Below are positions 13,960-26,464 of a DNA stretch of 64,000 nt, piece after piece; positions within the stretch are counted from its first letter, which is position 1, and each line of letters begins with the position of its first letter. Source of the DNA: Octopus vulgaris. Lineage: Eukaryota. The translations under genes and the position numbers were made by a program. The stretch lies in the NCBI GenBank assembly GCA_951406725.2, contig OX597820.1, forward strand, positions 124,248,001-124,312,000, written 5' to 3'. A model generated the notes under the pieces. That model did no database searches and was not told the origin of the DNA. It saw only the letters and a program-made list of their open reading frames with translations.

Positions 13960-14200
13960 CCTGTACACGCTCCATCACTGACTGCATGAATGCCAGTCAC
14001 AAATCGTTAACATACCTGAACTAAATGGTCTTTATTCATTTCGAACATCATCTGATAATGACAAACTTCAGTGAAACTGTAGTGTTGTGAAGGTGCCGAC
14101 GTATCTCTCTTTGAACAGCACTCCAATCGTAGAAGTCCATAGTATTTAATCTGGCAAATTTGGAGGCCAAAAGTATCGGGCAGTATTAAATTTGAGACCT
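13960..14200 (-). mobile_element. mariner/maT-type transposase fragment
   Basis: Frameshifted FWPPNLP-LNTMDFYDWSAVQRE, matching WPPNSPDLNPLDY-type motif. Confidence 0.55.
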
Positions 14201-14325
14201 AGTGGAAAGATGTAAGGTATCATTATATGAGGCTTGCTCTACAACGTTACAAAAAACGAAGTTCCTGGAATTTTAGTATACAACTCTCAGGAGGAATACA
14301 TATATACATACATATGCACACATAT

Positions 14326-14366
<41 letters not shown>

Positions 14367-14372
14367 AAATCC

Positions 14373-14700
14373 AATCTACATCTATTATATAAAATCCTTT
14401 CTACCTGTCTGTGTGTGTGCCGTCTAGCATCTCGGGCATCCTCCATATGATTGCGCTCAGATTTGACATGTAGATACCGAGGGTATCAGAGCGTGTATAA
14501 GTCTTCAAAAGATTACAAAAATCGATTCCAGGTGAGAATGCGATCGATAAAGCCGTGGAAACGTGCATTTGTACGCGCTTGTACATCAGTCGAAATCCGT
14601 CTTTTGCTGGTGTCTCATATTTAGGTGAAATCAGTGTTTCTCAAAGGGAAGCTATGTGGGACGGTCGGACAAGTTGTTTTGAGAAAATTTGGTTTAAATG
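14373..14700 (+). mobile_element. Helitron-like 5' terminal segment
   Basis: ATCTACATCTATTATATAAAA start, short CTGT/GT repeat, then GATTGCGCTCAGATTTGACATG; layout typical of non-autonomous Helitron 5' ends. Confidence 0.5.
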
Positions 14701-14734
14701 TTTGACAACGCAGCACCGTCAATTTAACGGGGGG

Positions 14735-14946
14735 CGTTAGCGCGCCGGACGAAATGCTTAACGGCATTTCGTCTGTCGTTACGTTCTGAGTTCAAATGCC
14801 GCCGGAGTCGACTTTGCCTTTCATTCTCTCGGGGTCGATAAATAAAGTACCAGTTTCGCACTGGGTCGATATAATCGACTTAATCCCTTTGTCTGTCCTT
14901 GTTTATCCCCTCTATGTTTTGCACATTGTGGGCAATAAAGAAATAT
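14735..14946 (+). mobile_element. tRNA-derived SINE (family 3)
   Basis: CGTTAGCGCGCCGGACGAAATGCTTA...GAGTTCAAATGCC (B box)...GTCGACTTTGCCTTTCAT...AGTACCAGT; degenerate relatives at 16425, 32470, 43200, 52995. Confidence 0.85.
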
Positions 14947-14955
14947 AGATATATA

Positions 14956-15013
<58 letters not shown>

Positions 15014-15014
15014 A

Positions 15015-15230
15015 AGTTAATCCAAACAAGAAAACACAAAAAAAAAGAGAAAAAAACACAGTAACGCAGGACGTGGGACAATTAAAGTATTATTGACGCT
15101 CAGGAAAGAAGGGAAGGAGGGCTTAACGTTTCGAGCGGAGCTCTTCGTCGGAAACAAGGAGAAGGAAAGATCCGAAGAAGGGAAGACAGAGGAAAAAATA
15201 TTTGAGCTGGTGGTGCTCAAGAGATCACAT
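15015..15230 (-). mobile_element. Solo PLE pseudo-LTR cassette with hammerhead (same family as 42015-42216)
   Basis: Reverse complement aligns over ~200 bp to 42015-42216; flanked by microsatellites. Confidence 0.8.
15121..15155 (-). ncRNA. Minimal type I hammerhead ribozyme motif
   Basis: GTTT-CCGACGA-A-GAGC TCC GCTC-GAAAC-GTT-AAGC; loopless palindromic stem III (ACGT); CCGA core variant. Confidence 0.7.
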
Positions 15231-15766
15231 GTATGTATGTATGTATGCATGTATGTATGTATGTATGTATGTATGCACATATATATATAGTTTATCGCTA
15301 TATATGGATACTTAAACACATATTTTTGGTTTAACGGGTTATTCAACAATTAATGACAATTTTCTTTATCATATTTCTAAAGGAGAAAATGGAGGACGCC
15401 TCCTTAACAATGCGTGTTTTAACTGGAAGAATTTTGCTTGGAAAGAACAAGAGATCTGATTAAAATGTTGGAGGTAAACTCAGTGACAATAAGCTAAATA
15501 TTAGCGAAGCATCGACGAATGAGTATTGTATCAGAAGGTGGTGAAAAGTGGGGTATTGTCTGTTAAGTAGTAGAATCACTGAAACGATTTATAAAAGTGA
15601 AGTGCATATTATCAAATAAGGATACAAATTCGTGTTGTTCAACTTATACATGTTTTTATTTCATATATAAATCTATTTTATTACGACGTCTTTTGTATAA
15701 GCATGATAATGTGTGCCCATGTTGAGATATTGGATTATTCATGAATAGTAAGGATTGTTTGAAAAC

Positions 15767-16824
15767 ATGTGATAAATATCATATTTTGAATTGAATGAAT
15801 ATTTAAATAAAGAAGGAATTCTGAAATTTGTTTCTTACATACAATGCGTTTTCTCTGTTGATAAACTCATAAGCTTAGTATTTGTATCAGCAAGTTGTTT
15901 GCAAAATATATATAGTCTTCTCTATTCGTTTTGTCTGTGATTTATAGTTCTCATTTCCCTTAATTTATCAAACAGGAAAATGAATTGGCCGTTAGGCGAA
16001 ACTTCATGTCCCTATCCAAAATATTTTCATTCTACATATAGTAGGTTGAAATAGTGTGTGTACCAACAGTAAATACACATTTTTGTTATAAATTAGCTTT
16101 CAAATATTTATCTCTATTGAACATCATCCACATCAATTTTTCAGAAAACAGGAACCAATCTACAGAGGCTCGATCAAAAATACTATTACCAACCAATAAT
16201 GCTTATTTGAAGGATTTATTGCAGACAAAAAAGGTTCATCGATAGACGGATTGAATAAATTGTGAGGCAAAACCTGATATCCAATTCAAAACAAATTTCG
16301 TATTAAATTTTATTTTATTCTTAGTGTTGAGTCGCGCTTTCAATATATCTTCGTCGTTAATTTTCTTAAACTGGATTACAAATAATAACCTTCTTTGTGT
16401 ATAAAGGTGACGAATTCCCAGAATCTGTAGCACACCGAGCAAAAATTGCTTAGCGAAATTTCGTTTGACATTACGTTCTGAGGTTAAATTTCCTCGAGGT
16501 TAACTTTGCCCTTATCCTTTCGTGTTCAATAAAGCAAATACCAGTTGAGTACTAGGATTGATGAAATCGATTTTGGATAGGGACATGAAGTTTCGCCTAA
16601 CGGCCAATTCATTTTCCTATTTGATAAATTAAGGGAAAAAAGAACTATAAATCACAGACAAAACGAATCGAGAAGACTATATATATTTTGCAAACAACTT
16701 GCTGATACAAATACTAAGCTTATGAGTTTATCAACAGAGAAAACGCGTTGTATGTATTAACAAATTTCAGAATTCCTTCTTTATTTAAATATTCATTCAA
16801 TTCAAAATATGATATTTATCACAT
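15767..16824. repeat. Near-identical ~255-bp inverted repeat (15767-16021 and 16571-16824), ~550-bp spacer
   Basis: TGTGATAAATATCATATTTTGAA...CTTCATGTCCCTATCCAAAA is the reverse complement of TTTTGGATAGGGACATGAAG...TTCAAAATATGATATTTATCACA with few mismatches. Confidence 0.95.
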
Positions 16825-16856
16825 TCTGGTTTTGTACTAAAATTTGAAACCAACAT
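16425..16856 (+). mobile_element. Degenerate family-3 SINE split by the inverted duplicate
   Basis: TAGCACACCGAGCAAAAATTGCTTAGCG...TTACGTTCTGAG...ACCAGTTGAGTACT up to 16570; tail-like CTGGTTTTGTACTAAAATTTGAAACCAA resumes at ~16826. Confidence 0.65.
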
Positions 16857-17099
16857 TTACATCGTATGTTTTGCTAAATAAAATGAAATATATACTAGTG
16901 TAATCCGTACAAAGTTGATTTCGAATTTTATTGCTTATGTGTATCAGTTTTTATGTCGCTGTGATTAGTTATGTGTGTGCATACTAAGTTATTTATATTT
17001 GTAGATTTTATATTGACATAATGACAGAAAGTTAAATTTAAAACCTATAAGTATTTTATGACTGATACATTTCACTCTTTGCGAGTGTGCCGATGAAAC

Positions 17100-17314
<215 letters not shown>

Positions 17315-18397
17315 CTTGTGTTATAAACCCATTCTACCCCATTATACCAAATCACGAGATAGAGGGAAACGTATTCAGGTTGCTAGTATGTTGTGTATGG
17401 TGACTGTACTCTTGGAAGCCAGAAATATTTACATTCAGTGTATGGATATTTGAAAAGACCTGAACGAAAATACCTGTAGGAGGTGTCCAGAGGATAAATT
17501 CATACTCTGTCATTACTCTTGCAGAAGCGCCAGTGGGTCTTCACGGTGTAAGGAATAACTGCTTTTAGAATTGCGTTGGGGCTCAGATGCGGGAAGCTTG
17601 AGTCTGCAATATTTAAATGGTAGCAACGAAAATTCAGGATGGTGTGAGTGAAAAATATGTTTAATTTACCTGTGGGCATGTATATGCGTAGGTATGCATA
17701 TTTGTATATACTTGTTTGGGCGCGTCAAACGAAACGATACTGGATTTTAAGTTTGTAGTAGTGGAATATGGTGATGTGATGTTTGAAGCTGAGACATAAT
17801 GGTAGGCTCTGCTTGTACCCAATCAAATATTTTCGTTCTGGAGTCCATGATCCTAAACTTCGTTTTTAAGATTTTGATAAGTATAAAACTAGAGACAATT
17901 ATTTAGTATTGTTCTTCACTTCACTAGGCAAATCAAATATCTTCTACTGCCCGTGGACTAAAACATCTCCAGTAATCTCAACTTGTAATCCGTGCTGCAT
18001 TTTTTCTTTCAGCGGACTTTGATATTTCACCTCTCTTGGATATTACAACAGGACTTCTGGTTGTTAAATATCACTGCTATATAATATATGCACGTATATA
18101 TTCCTCTATGTCCACCTTCAAGATTTCGCACCAACCCTGCCTTTTATATGAATGCTGCGCACGATGTTGCATCTGCACGGGTATTTCGTCTTTGGATGGT
18201 TTAACCTCCTGAAAATATGCTTTTATAGGACGTAAAGGTAAAAAGAACTTTACGTTACGTCAAATAATTTTAGAAACTTATGCATTTGGGGAAAGTATCT
18301 ATCTGCATACAACAATCACACTAAGAATAATCTCTTAATTATTATAAATGAAACATTAAGGAAATTTATGAAATCGAAACTTTTTAACAATACACTG

Positions 18398-18563
18398 GCG
18401 CGGCTGTAATAAACTTGCTTCCCAACAACCTAGTTCCGGGTTCAGTGCTACTGTGTGGAAACTTAGGCAAGTGTCTTCTACTATAGCCTCGGGCCGTCTA
18501 CCAAATTCACTCCTTCTGAGTGGATTTGGTCGACGGAAACTGAAAAAACCCGTCGTATATATG

Positions 18564-18594
<31 letters not shown>

Positions 18595-18610
18595 ATGTGT
18601 GTGTGTGCGT
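18398..18610 (+). mobile_element. CORE-like tRNA SINE (family 1), 5' part ending in its internal microsatellite
   Basis: GTTCCGGGTTCAGTGC...CTTAGGCAAGTGTCTTCTACTATAGCC...GGATTTGGTCGACGGAAACTG. Confidence 0.85.
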
Positions 18611-19239
18611 ACGTATGTTCCTTGTGCATTCGAAAACTAAGTTGCTGATTTTGACATATGGGTATCAAAAAATGCGGTACCCTTTCGGCTACGAAATAAC
18701 CTTATTTCATTCTACATATTCCATTACAAAATTGAACATTATAAACTTTCTCAAAGTCAACGACGACAATGATACCAACATCACATTTTCTATATGCGTA
18801 TGTATGTGACTGTAGGTGTGTGTGTGTGTGTTTGCGCATTCATTATGTACGTTAGGCCGACGACTGAGAAGTATATATGTGTGAATGTATGTGAGGGTCT
18901 ATGTGTGTGTCAGTATACATACATTGTTGGGACGATTGACACACATACACATATACACATCTAAAGACAGAGAGAGAGAGAGAGAGAGAGAGAAAGAAAG
19001 AGAGAAAGAGACGGAGAGAGAGATACAGAGATATGCCTGAGGTGTGCGTGAATGTACGCCTGTGTGTGTCTGTTTTCGTATATGTATGTAAGTGTATGTC
19101 AGAGTGTATGTGTATGCAAGTGTAGGTGTGACAAGTTTTATACGTTAGGCCTGAGACAATTAAGCAGACACGTACATACATCTACCCATACGTATCCCTA
19201 TGTGTGTTAGTGTGTCTGCGATTGTGTGTTTCCGCGTTC

Positions 19240-20193
19240 GTTACGTCTATAGTAAACTGTAGTAAAGGACATTTTACACCGTACTAATGAAATCGCATCT
19301 AATGTAGTAGCCAAACTTTTCGTAGGTGATCCCCATGGAAATCATGATATTTTCATTCGTGCTCGAGTTAACAACCGTGTTTCAGATACTCATCCTTCTT
19401 ATGAAGCTCTGCAATATCCTCTTATTTTGTGGAATGGTCAAGATGGGCACTATTCCAATATTCCACAGATTGAAACTGCAACAGGAGAGCCAATTACAAG
19501 CAAAAAGATATCGTCGAATGACTTCTGTTCTTACCAACTGATGTTAAGACTAGAACAATCAAATGGATTGCCCATGTATCGTTGTATCGTGATCTATTTC
19601 AGCAAAACCTGGTTCATGTGTGTGATTAACTTGAGAGTGAGCGTCACCTCTGCATTCGTAACATTAAAAATTGATAAGGGCTAAAAATTCTGTTCATCTC
19701 CAAGATGCACACCATATCCTAGAGGCAACAATCTTGACAGGTAGTCAGAAAAGAGAAAATGTCTTTATTCCATAAATTCCTCTCATATTTACAGGTGTTC
19801 CATTGGAATTTAAGACGATTCAGTTTTTAGAAAAGCTAAGTTTTGTTATTTCATTTAACGAATCTCAGGGACAATCTCTTGAGGTATTTGAATTTGATCT
19901 CTCTACTACTTGCTTCTCCCACGGCCAACTCTATATTGCTTGCTCGTGACTTGGAAGCAGCTACAATTTATTAATTTCGACACCTGCAAAAAATTGTTCA
20001 ATGAATATTGTTTACCCAGACGTGCTCCAACATTGACAGATTTTCAATTAGAAATTCTATTGTTATAAATTGGATATTTTTTAATAAAATATAGATATTT
20101 TGAAACAATTATGAGAATATATTTTTATATTTATTGCTTAAAATCTGAATAAGAACAGCAGTAACCCCGTCAAAGCCGGGTCATTCAACTTGT
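19240..20193 (+). mobile_element. Internally deleted Helitron (Rep fragment joined to PIF1-helicase C-terminus, 3' hairpin)
   Basis: HPSYEALQYPL..WNGQDGHY..KKISSNDFCSYQLMLR (Rep); EATILTG..VFIP..SQGQSL..CFSHGQLYIACS..NIVYPDVL (helicase); hairpin CCCG-TCAAAGC-CGGG then CTTGT (CTAG-like) end. Confidence 0.9.
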
Positions 20194-20200
20194 ACATATA

Positions 20201-21461
20201 CACAGACATGCAGGAATTAAATAGACAACTTTAATTTCAAAAAATCTTTAATTAAATACGCAAAGCGAACAATTGAAATGTAATTAATAGGTAGGAATAC
20301 ATACTTTAGTATTTAGTTGACATTCCATTTGAAGTTTTTACTTCAGAAACACTTTTTCGCATTGAGCTGATGAGCTTTGTGATTGTGGAATTTCTGCCCA
20401 CTTTTCACGCAACAGTCGAAACAATTCATCTTTAGATTTAGGTTTCTGTTGAGTTTTTCATATAACTCTATCTACTATGCTCCAAAGATTTTCAGATGTG
20501 TTCATATCAGGAGATTGGCTCGGCCAAGGAAGCTTTTTTATCCCATTTTCAGTCAGCATTTGTCGATTCTTTTTCGCTGTGTCGCATGGGGCCCCATCTT
20601 CCATGAATAAAAACTCATTTCTCATTATGTTATCGTGTGAATGCATCGGAAGTAGTCGTTGCTTATGTATTTCGATGTATTTTTCAGAGTTTATAGTTCT
20701 AACATATTCGATCAGCACAGAACGACCATTGTTGGTGAGAGCTCCCCATACCATTACAGAGATACTGCCATGTTTCACATTTGGTTGGAGTCGTTTCAAA
20801 TCTAATTCTTCACTGGGAAGCCTCTAGACCAAAACACGTCCACTGTCTGAAAATAATGCAGATCTGGATTCAACTGAGAAAATCGCACTCTTAAAATGAA
20901 CTGGAATTTTCTGACATCCCCTTAGCTCATTTCTTTCTTTTCATGATATTCATGAATGAGAGGTTTTCTTCTAGCTGCTCGTCCATAATACCTAGGCTTC
21001 TGCAGATATGTTACACACGTTCTTGGACTAACTTCTAGCCGTTTTGCAATGTCAGAAGCCTTCGAACGGGATTTGTTTTCCACACTTCTCTTCAAACAGC
21101 GAAGATTCTTTTCCGAGGGCTCAACTTGGCCGGGACGAGAATCTGTTGACTTTTTCCTTGGCCTTTGTATTGCACTATAATCCTATTAACAATAGCAAGA
21201 GGAATTTGAAGAATTTCGGCAATTTTTCGCTGGCTAAGACCAGCCTAAAATTGTCCAATAATACGACCTCTTTGAAAATCTGACAGTTCTGCTGAATTTT
21301 TTGCAGGACATGGTTACTCTTCGCAAATTTTAATATAATGGCACCTGGAATGAAAAGAATTATTACATTGTAAATTCTACAATGCTGAAAACATATTAAG
21401 ACGCTTAGATCAGAAATTTTGAAAATTAATGGTGTCTATTTACTTCCAGCATATATGTCTG
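20201..21461 (-). mobile_element. Full-length decayed Tc1-family transposon (DD34E)
   Basis: ~45-bp TIRs (CATGCAGGAATTAAATAGACAAC..TTTCAAAA / TTTTGAAAATTAATGGTGTCTATTTACTTCCAGCAT), TA flanks; VKHGSISVMVWG, EDGAPC, WPSQSPDMNTSENLW with 34 residues between D and E. Confidence 0.92.
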
Positions 21462-21522
21462 TATATATGAATATATATATATATACATATATATACATAC
21501 ATATATATATATATACATATAT

Positions 21523-21554
<32 letters not shown>

Positions 21555-21556
<2 letters not shown>

Positions 21557-21665
21557 CTGTGTGTACGTTTGTCTTGTACTCCATCACTGTTTGACAAATG
21601 GTGTTGGTGTACTACATCCCAGTAACTTAGCGGTTCAGCAAAAGACGGGGACAGAATAAGTCTTG
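21555..21665 (+). mobile_element. Family-1 SINE middle fragment
   Basis: TTTGACAAATGGTGTTGGTGT..CAGTAACTTAGCGGTTCAGCAAAAGA..AGAATAAGT. Confidence 0.7.
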
Positions 21666-21983
21666 AGCGACGAATTGCCATGTATTAGAATCTGATACTC
21701 CCGTTTAAAGAACTTAAAACCTATATTTTTACGATTTTGCTACATCATGTTTAACTTCATAAATTCCTTTTTTTGAGTTTATTCACAGCTACATTTTTTT
21801 ATTTTCTGCATATATATTTATTTACATTATAATTTAATGGTTCTGCAAAAAAGTAGCATTATTAACACAATTATTATTAAGGGTATTGTTTAGATAAGTG
21901 TGTTTTCTTTAAGAAATATTAGTTTTATTAAAATGTTGGTTACTTTGCAACTATATCTAGTTTCAAAGTATTGTTTATATGTT

Positions 21984-21994
21984 ATCTATCTATA

Positions 21995-22065
<71 letters not shown>

Positions 22066-22103
22066 ATATCTATCTATCTATCTATATATATATATATATA
22101 TAT
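21984..22103. repeat. (TATC)n/(TA)n microsatellite
   Basis: Directly visible. Confidence 0.95.
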
Positions 22104-22643
22104 AGCAGAGTATGTGTGTGTAGGGGCTTGCACGTCGCGTCTACACCGTTTATACGATTTTTAACCAAATTTCACACGCATGTGAATTTTGGTCCAAGGA
22201 GTATTCCTGGTATATCGATTTCTCAAATGGTGTTCACTTTGAGCACTGAACAGGAAACACTGACTCAAAGAAGGCATTTCTGGGTTTATCTCCGGAACCA
22301 TACATTCAATTTTGCTCAAATTTGAAATAAACATGCATGTTTATGCTAGTAGGAAATCTCTCCTTCAAACGAGTGTATGTAAGATATACATACACATATG
22401 CTCATACATACATATATGCTCATAAATGTATGCATTTACGTACGTTAACATACATACGTACATATACACATACACGCGCACGCATGTGTGCGCGTGTGTG
22501 TGTGTATCTTCTGACGCAGTAGCAATAATATGCCATTTTAAATAGAGTGTATTTCACATTCTTATCAATATTTGTGTATGTTGATGTCCTTATATATCCC
22601 GTATATGAATACACAGATTAACCGTATGTAATATGTAAAACTT

Positions 22644-22948
22644 GTGGAAGCACATGGCGTAGTGGTTAGAGGAGCGCACTCGCGGTCAAGGGATCGCGGG
22701 TTCGAATCTCAGACCGGGCGATGTGTGTGTTTATGAGCGAAACACCTAAGCTCCAAGCGGCTCCAACAGAAGGTAATGGCGAACTTCTGCTCACTCTTTC
22801 GCCACAACTTTCTCTCACTCTTTCCTCCTGCGTCTTGCAGCTCACCTGTGACGGACCGGCGCCCCGTCTAGGTGGGGAACCCAAACGCCAAGGAAACCGG
22901 GACACAGGCCCTTATGAGCCAGGCATGGCTCGAGAAGGAAAAAAAAAG
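22644..22948 (+). mobile_element. Complete tRNA-derived SINE (family 2) with Meta/V-domain-like segment and 14-bp TSD
   Basis: A box TGGCGTAGTGG, B box GGTTCGAATCTC; CCTGTGACGGACCGGCGCCCCGTCTAGG...GAAACCGGG; TSD AATATGTAAA(A/T)CTT at 22630-22643 and 22949-22962. Confidence 0.92.
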
Positions 22949-23471
22949 AATATGTAAATCTTATACTTAGTGTTATTGAATTAGCAACTAAATATCGGTA
23001 ACTGCCTTCAATTCAGTACCAGAGGCTTTGTTACTGCAGTGCATTGTGAGGTGAATATCATTGTCTCTGCTGAAGTAAATGGATTGCTGTGCGGGCAAAC
23101 GATATTTCAGCTGCCGGAATGAAAACTATGTATCATGCAATTTCAATCCAATCATCCATCAGGAAAAGATGCAATAAAAATCTGTTATAAATGATAACTT
23201 GTTTGTATCTAATTAATGTGAAATGCTGTACGGACCAAAACTTTCACGAACCATTTTCAGATATTTTGTTGTTGTACCTACAATCTCAGATCTTTCATAT
23301 TTACAGGAACCTCATATGTTGTTTTTCGATTGCTTTTAATGGATTTAGTGCTATTATTTTAGAACCGTACATTCGCTACTGCGGCACATATCATTTAGTC
23401 AGTCCGTGACGTCATTGACTATTGTGATCTGCTATAACCACTCGGCCTCGATTCAGTTGATATGCAGTATC

Positions 23472-23504
<33 letters not shown>

Positions 23505-23512
<8 letters not shown>

Positions 23513-23735
23513 GGGAATAAATCCAAAACTTACAGGGAAAAATCAGATTTAGGATTGAATCCAATTTTATAGTAAAATATTATATTATATTAAATTAGAG
23601 ACAAAACCACTATTAGAAAAATCAAACAATGAAAGACTTAAGCCAATACATATGATTAATTTATATTATTTAAATATGTAACAAAATTATTAAAAAATAT
23701 AATTAATATCACACTACGATCGTTTCATGCCTGCT
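23505..23735 (-). mobile_element. Probable PLE pseudo-LTR fragment with 3' half of a hammerhead
   Basis: Minus strand GAAAC-GATC-GTA-GTG (palindromic stem III ACGATCGT) at ~23712-23726; ends in (TA)n. Confidence 0.45.
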
Positions 23736-25523
23736 GTCTTCAAATTTTTGAGTCGCAGTATATATGTGTGTATTTGAATGTTTTGACAGCATTATGAATG
23801 GTTGAAATTTAAAAAAAAGCTGGATGTGAAATGATTGTTAGAAGCACCTATTCATGATATAACATGATATAAACTATTCAGTTGTAGCTCTTTGAAATTA
23901 ATATCTTCATTCATGGAAAGTCTCCAAAATTAGAAAATTCCTCATCTTTCTCAGACAATTGAGTTGAATTCTACCTTTTGAAACTGTTCTTGTCTGACCT
24001 TATGACAAACTAGGAGGCATAGTTTGCTTCCTGCTTCAAATAATCATAGTTCTGTGTATTATGATTTTTTTCCTTAGTTTTCTAAGTTCTTAAAGTTCAC
24101 AGTTTCTTTCTCTTCAAACGACCTGATACATTCTTTCATCTTACTCTTTAAGTACCTTTTAATGTGCTGTTACTAAAGTACGACGAACATGATTGATTTT
24201 TCCAACGATACCTTATGTTTGTAGTTCATGTAATATCATTTCTGCCGGCAGCAACTTTATACTGTGCTTTTTTCAATCGACCGAAATATTTATCTGTGAA
24301 AATATGGTAGTGAGTTTTTAAATTACGTGTCCGAATTCGTGAAACTTACGAGAAAATCTCTGTAATACCACAAATGGTGATGCGCACAGTTGTCGAATGT
24401 AGCTAGAAGTGAACTGATGTTCCGTGAAGTTGCATCGATTATTTAGTATGGTTACTTGGACGCCGCTGATCATAAGTTTCAAATCCCCGAAAGGCAGCAA
24501 AGTAGCAGAACGTAGAAAAGTAATGATGAATTCGACTCTCAGAACAACCAATACATGTTTTAATCAGTTGCTTTGTATATAGTAGCGCTAAGACAACAAA
24601 CAATAGTAGGAAAATGTTCTATGCATGGAATCTGGTAGTCCAGATATAAGGCTTTGAAAGACGAATTATTCCAAATGCACACTTGGAGGCGTGATGTATT
24701 ATTTGCAGAAAGGTTACGTGCTGAAATATAAGCCAAATTTAATACATGGAACTCCAAGTTACCTATGGATCTAAAGATGTATCAACGAAGATGTATTATC
24801 GGTGTGGTATGTCTATTTAAGATAGGATTCCCCAATGTGTATGGAGGAAAGTCTAATAAAATTAACCGAATTATATTAAATCGTATTTTTAACTGTTTTA
24901 AAACGTTTGGTGAATTTTCTCTCGATCATGACTGTTGTGAGGCTAAATAAGCACATACGTAGTACATAGTATAAAACAGAAGTGGACCTAATCATCAACA
25001 TTTTCTACTTGTAAAAAGTATGCGTCGAATTGTTATGCCTCTGAGACATATGTAACGTTGCAAGTATCTAAGGCAGTAGAGATGTGTGTAGAGTATTAAG
25101 TACATAGGAATATGCGTATATAAATTACATGTAATATTTAAGTAAAAAAAAACTGGGAGGTAATGAAAACAATCGAGAAATATGGCTAGTGATTATCATC
25201 TAGAAAAGCAAATTGAACAAGAACTCCATAAAAAAACAAAACACTATTCTATATTTATTTAATTTAATTTATATCTATTACAGAATGAAACAATCGTACA
25301 CTGACGCTGTTTGGACGCTGACAATTTTGCGTAGCAGATTTGATGTTGGTTCAGTTTTGGTGAGAATACATCTTGGCCCTCGTGGCACACACACGCACAC
25401 ACACAAACGCACACACACGTACACACACACAGTCATGCGTTCCTTCACATAATACCAATAAAAGGACATATACTTATACAGAGAGAGGAGGGGGTGAGGG
25501 AGGGAGGGACAGAGTGATAAATT

Positions 25524-25555
<32 letters not shown>

Positions 25556-25556
25556 T

Positions 25557-25618
<62 letters not shown>

Positions 25619-25643
25619 GGATAGATGGATAGATGGATAGATA
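25524..25643. repeat. (GATA)n microsatellite
   Basis: Directly visible. Confidence 0.95.
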
Positions 25644-26027
25644 GAGAAAGACAGCTACAGAAAGAGAGGAGGCGAGAAAGAGAGAAACATAAAAATGTCT
25701 GATGTTAAATAGGTCAGATTCGAATTAGAGACACGAAATAAACGGAGCCTGAACGACAGTGCCACAACGTTCCATACATTCTCTACTACATATACCGTAA
25801 CTTAGATTCATTCAAACATCATTTTTATGTAAGAGTCGTTACATGAATTGCTCCAATTTACTTGCTAATCTATTTGCTTGCTAACCGAAAATGTTTTAAC
25901 GGTTCTCTATACGTTTTCAGTCATATAGATATCAGGTGCCAATATTTCTAACATTCAGCACGAACACATTATCATCTGCCTTTGCGTATCTAATGCCCTG
26001 TATATGACATATTATGATTTTACAGAA

Positions 26028-26160
26028 ATGTGGCTTCTATTTCTTCTATTTCTAGCATCTTGTATGAGCATCCAGGGAAGAGAACTCGTAATAACTGAAA
26101 GCTACACGATATTTAAGAAATGGAATGTATGGAAATGGAAGGCTAAGTGTCATGTGACCG
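26028..26160 (+). CDS. Candidate first coding exon of a secreted protein ([44 protein letters not shown])
   Basis: Branch-like CTAAT at ~25990, acceptor ATTTTACAG ending 26025, ATG 2 nt into the exon, hydrophobic signal-peptide pattern ending I-Q-G, GT donor at 26161 (phase 1); not recognisably TE-derived. Confidence 0.5.
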
Positions 26161-26370
26161 GTACAATGAAGAATATTTACCAAATATTTGATTTCTTTAT
26201 ATTAGTACTATGTATCTATCTATCTATCTGTCTATCTATCTATACACGCGCACATATACATGCACACATCTGCAACACACGCGCGAACACTCGCGCACGT
26301 GTACATACACATAGAAACACGCCCGTGCCAGTTCACACACATATATGCATGCATATATATATATATATAT

Positions 26371-26464
<94 letters not shown>

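Noticed and set aside
22644-22720. tRNA gene
   Set aside because: A/B boxes present but it is the head of a TSD-flanked SINE with no proper acceptor stem or terminator.
24380-24900. Possible plus-strand RT remnant
   Set aside because: Only vague motif echoes; too decayed to call.
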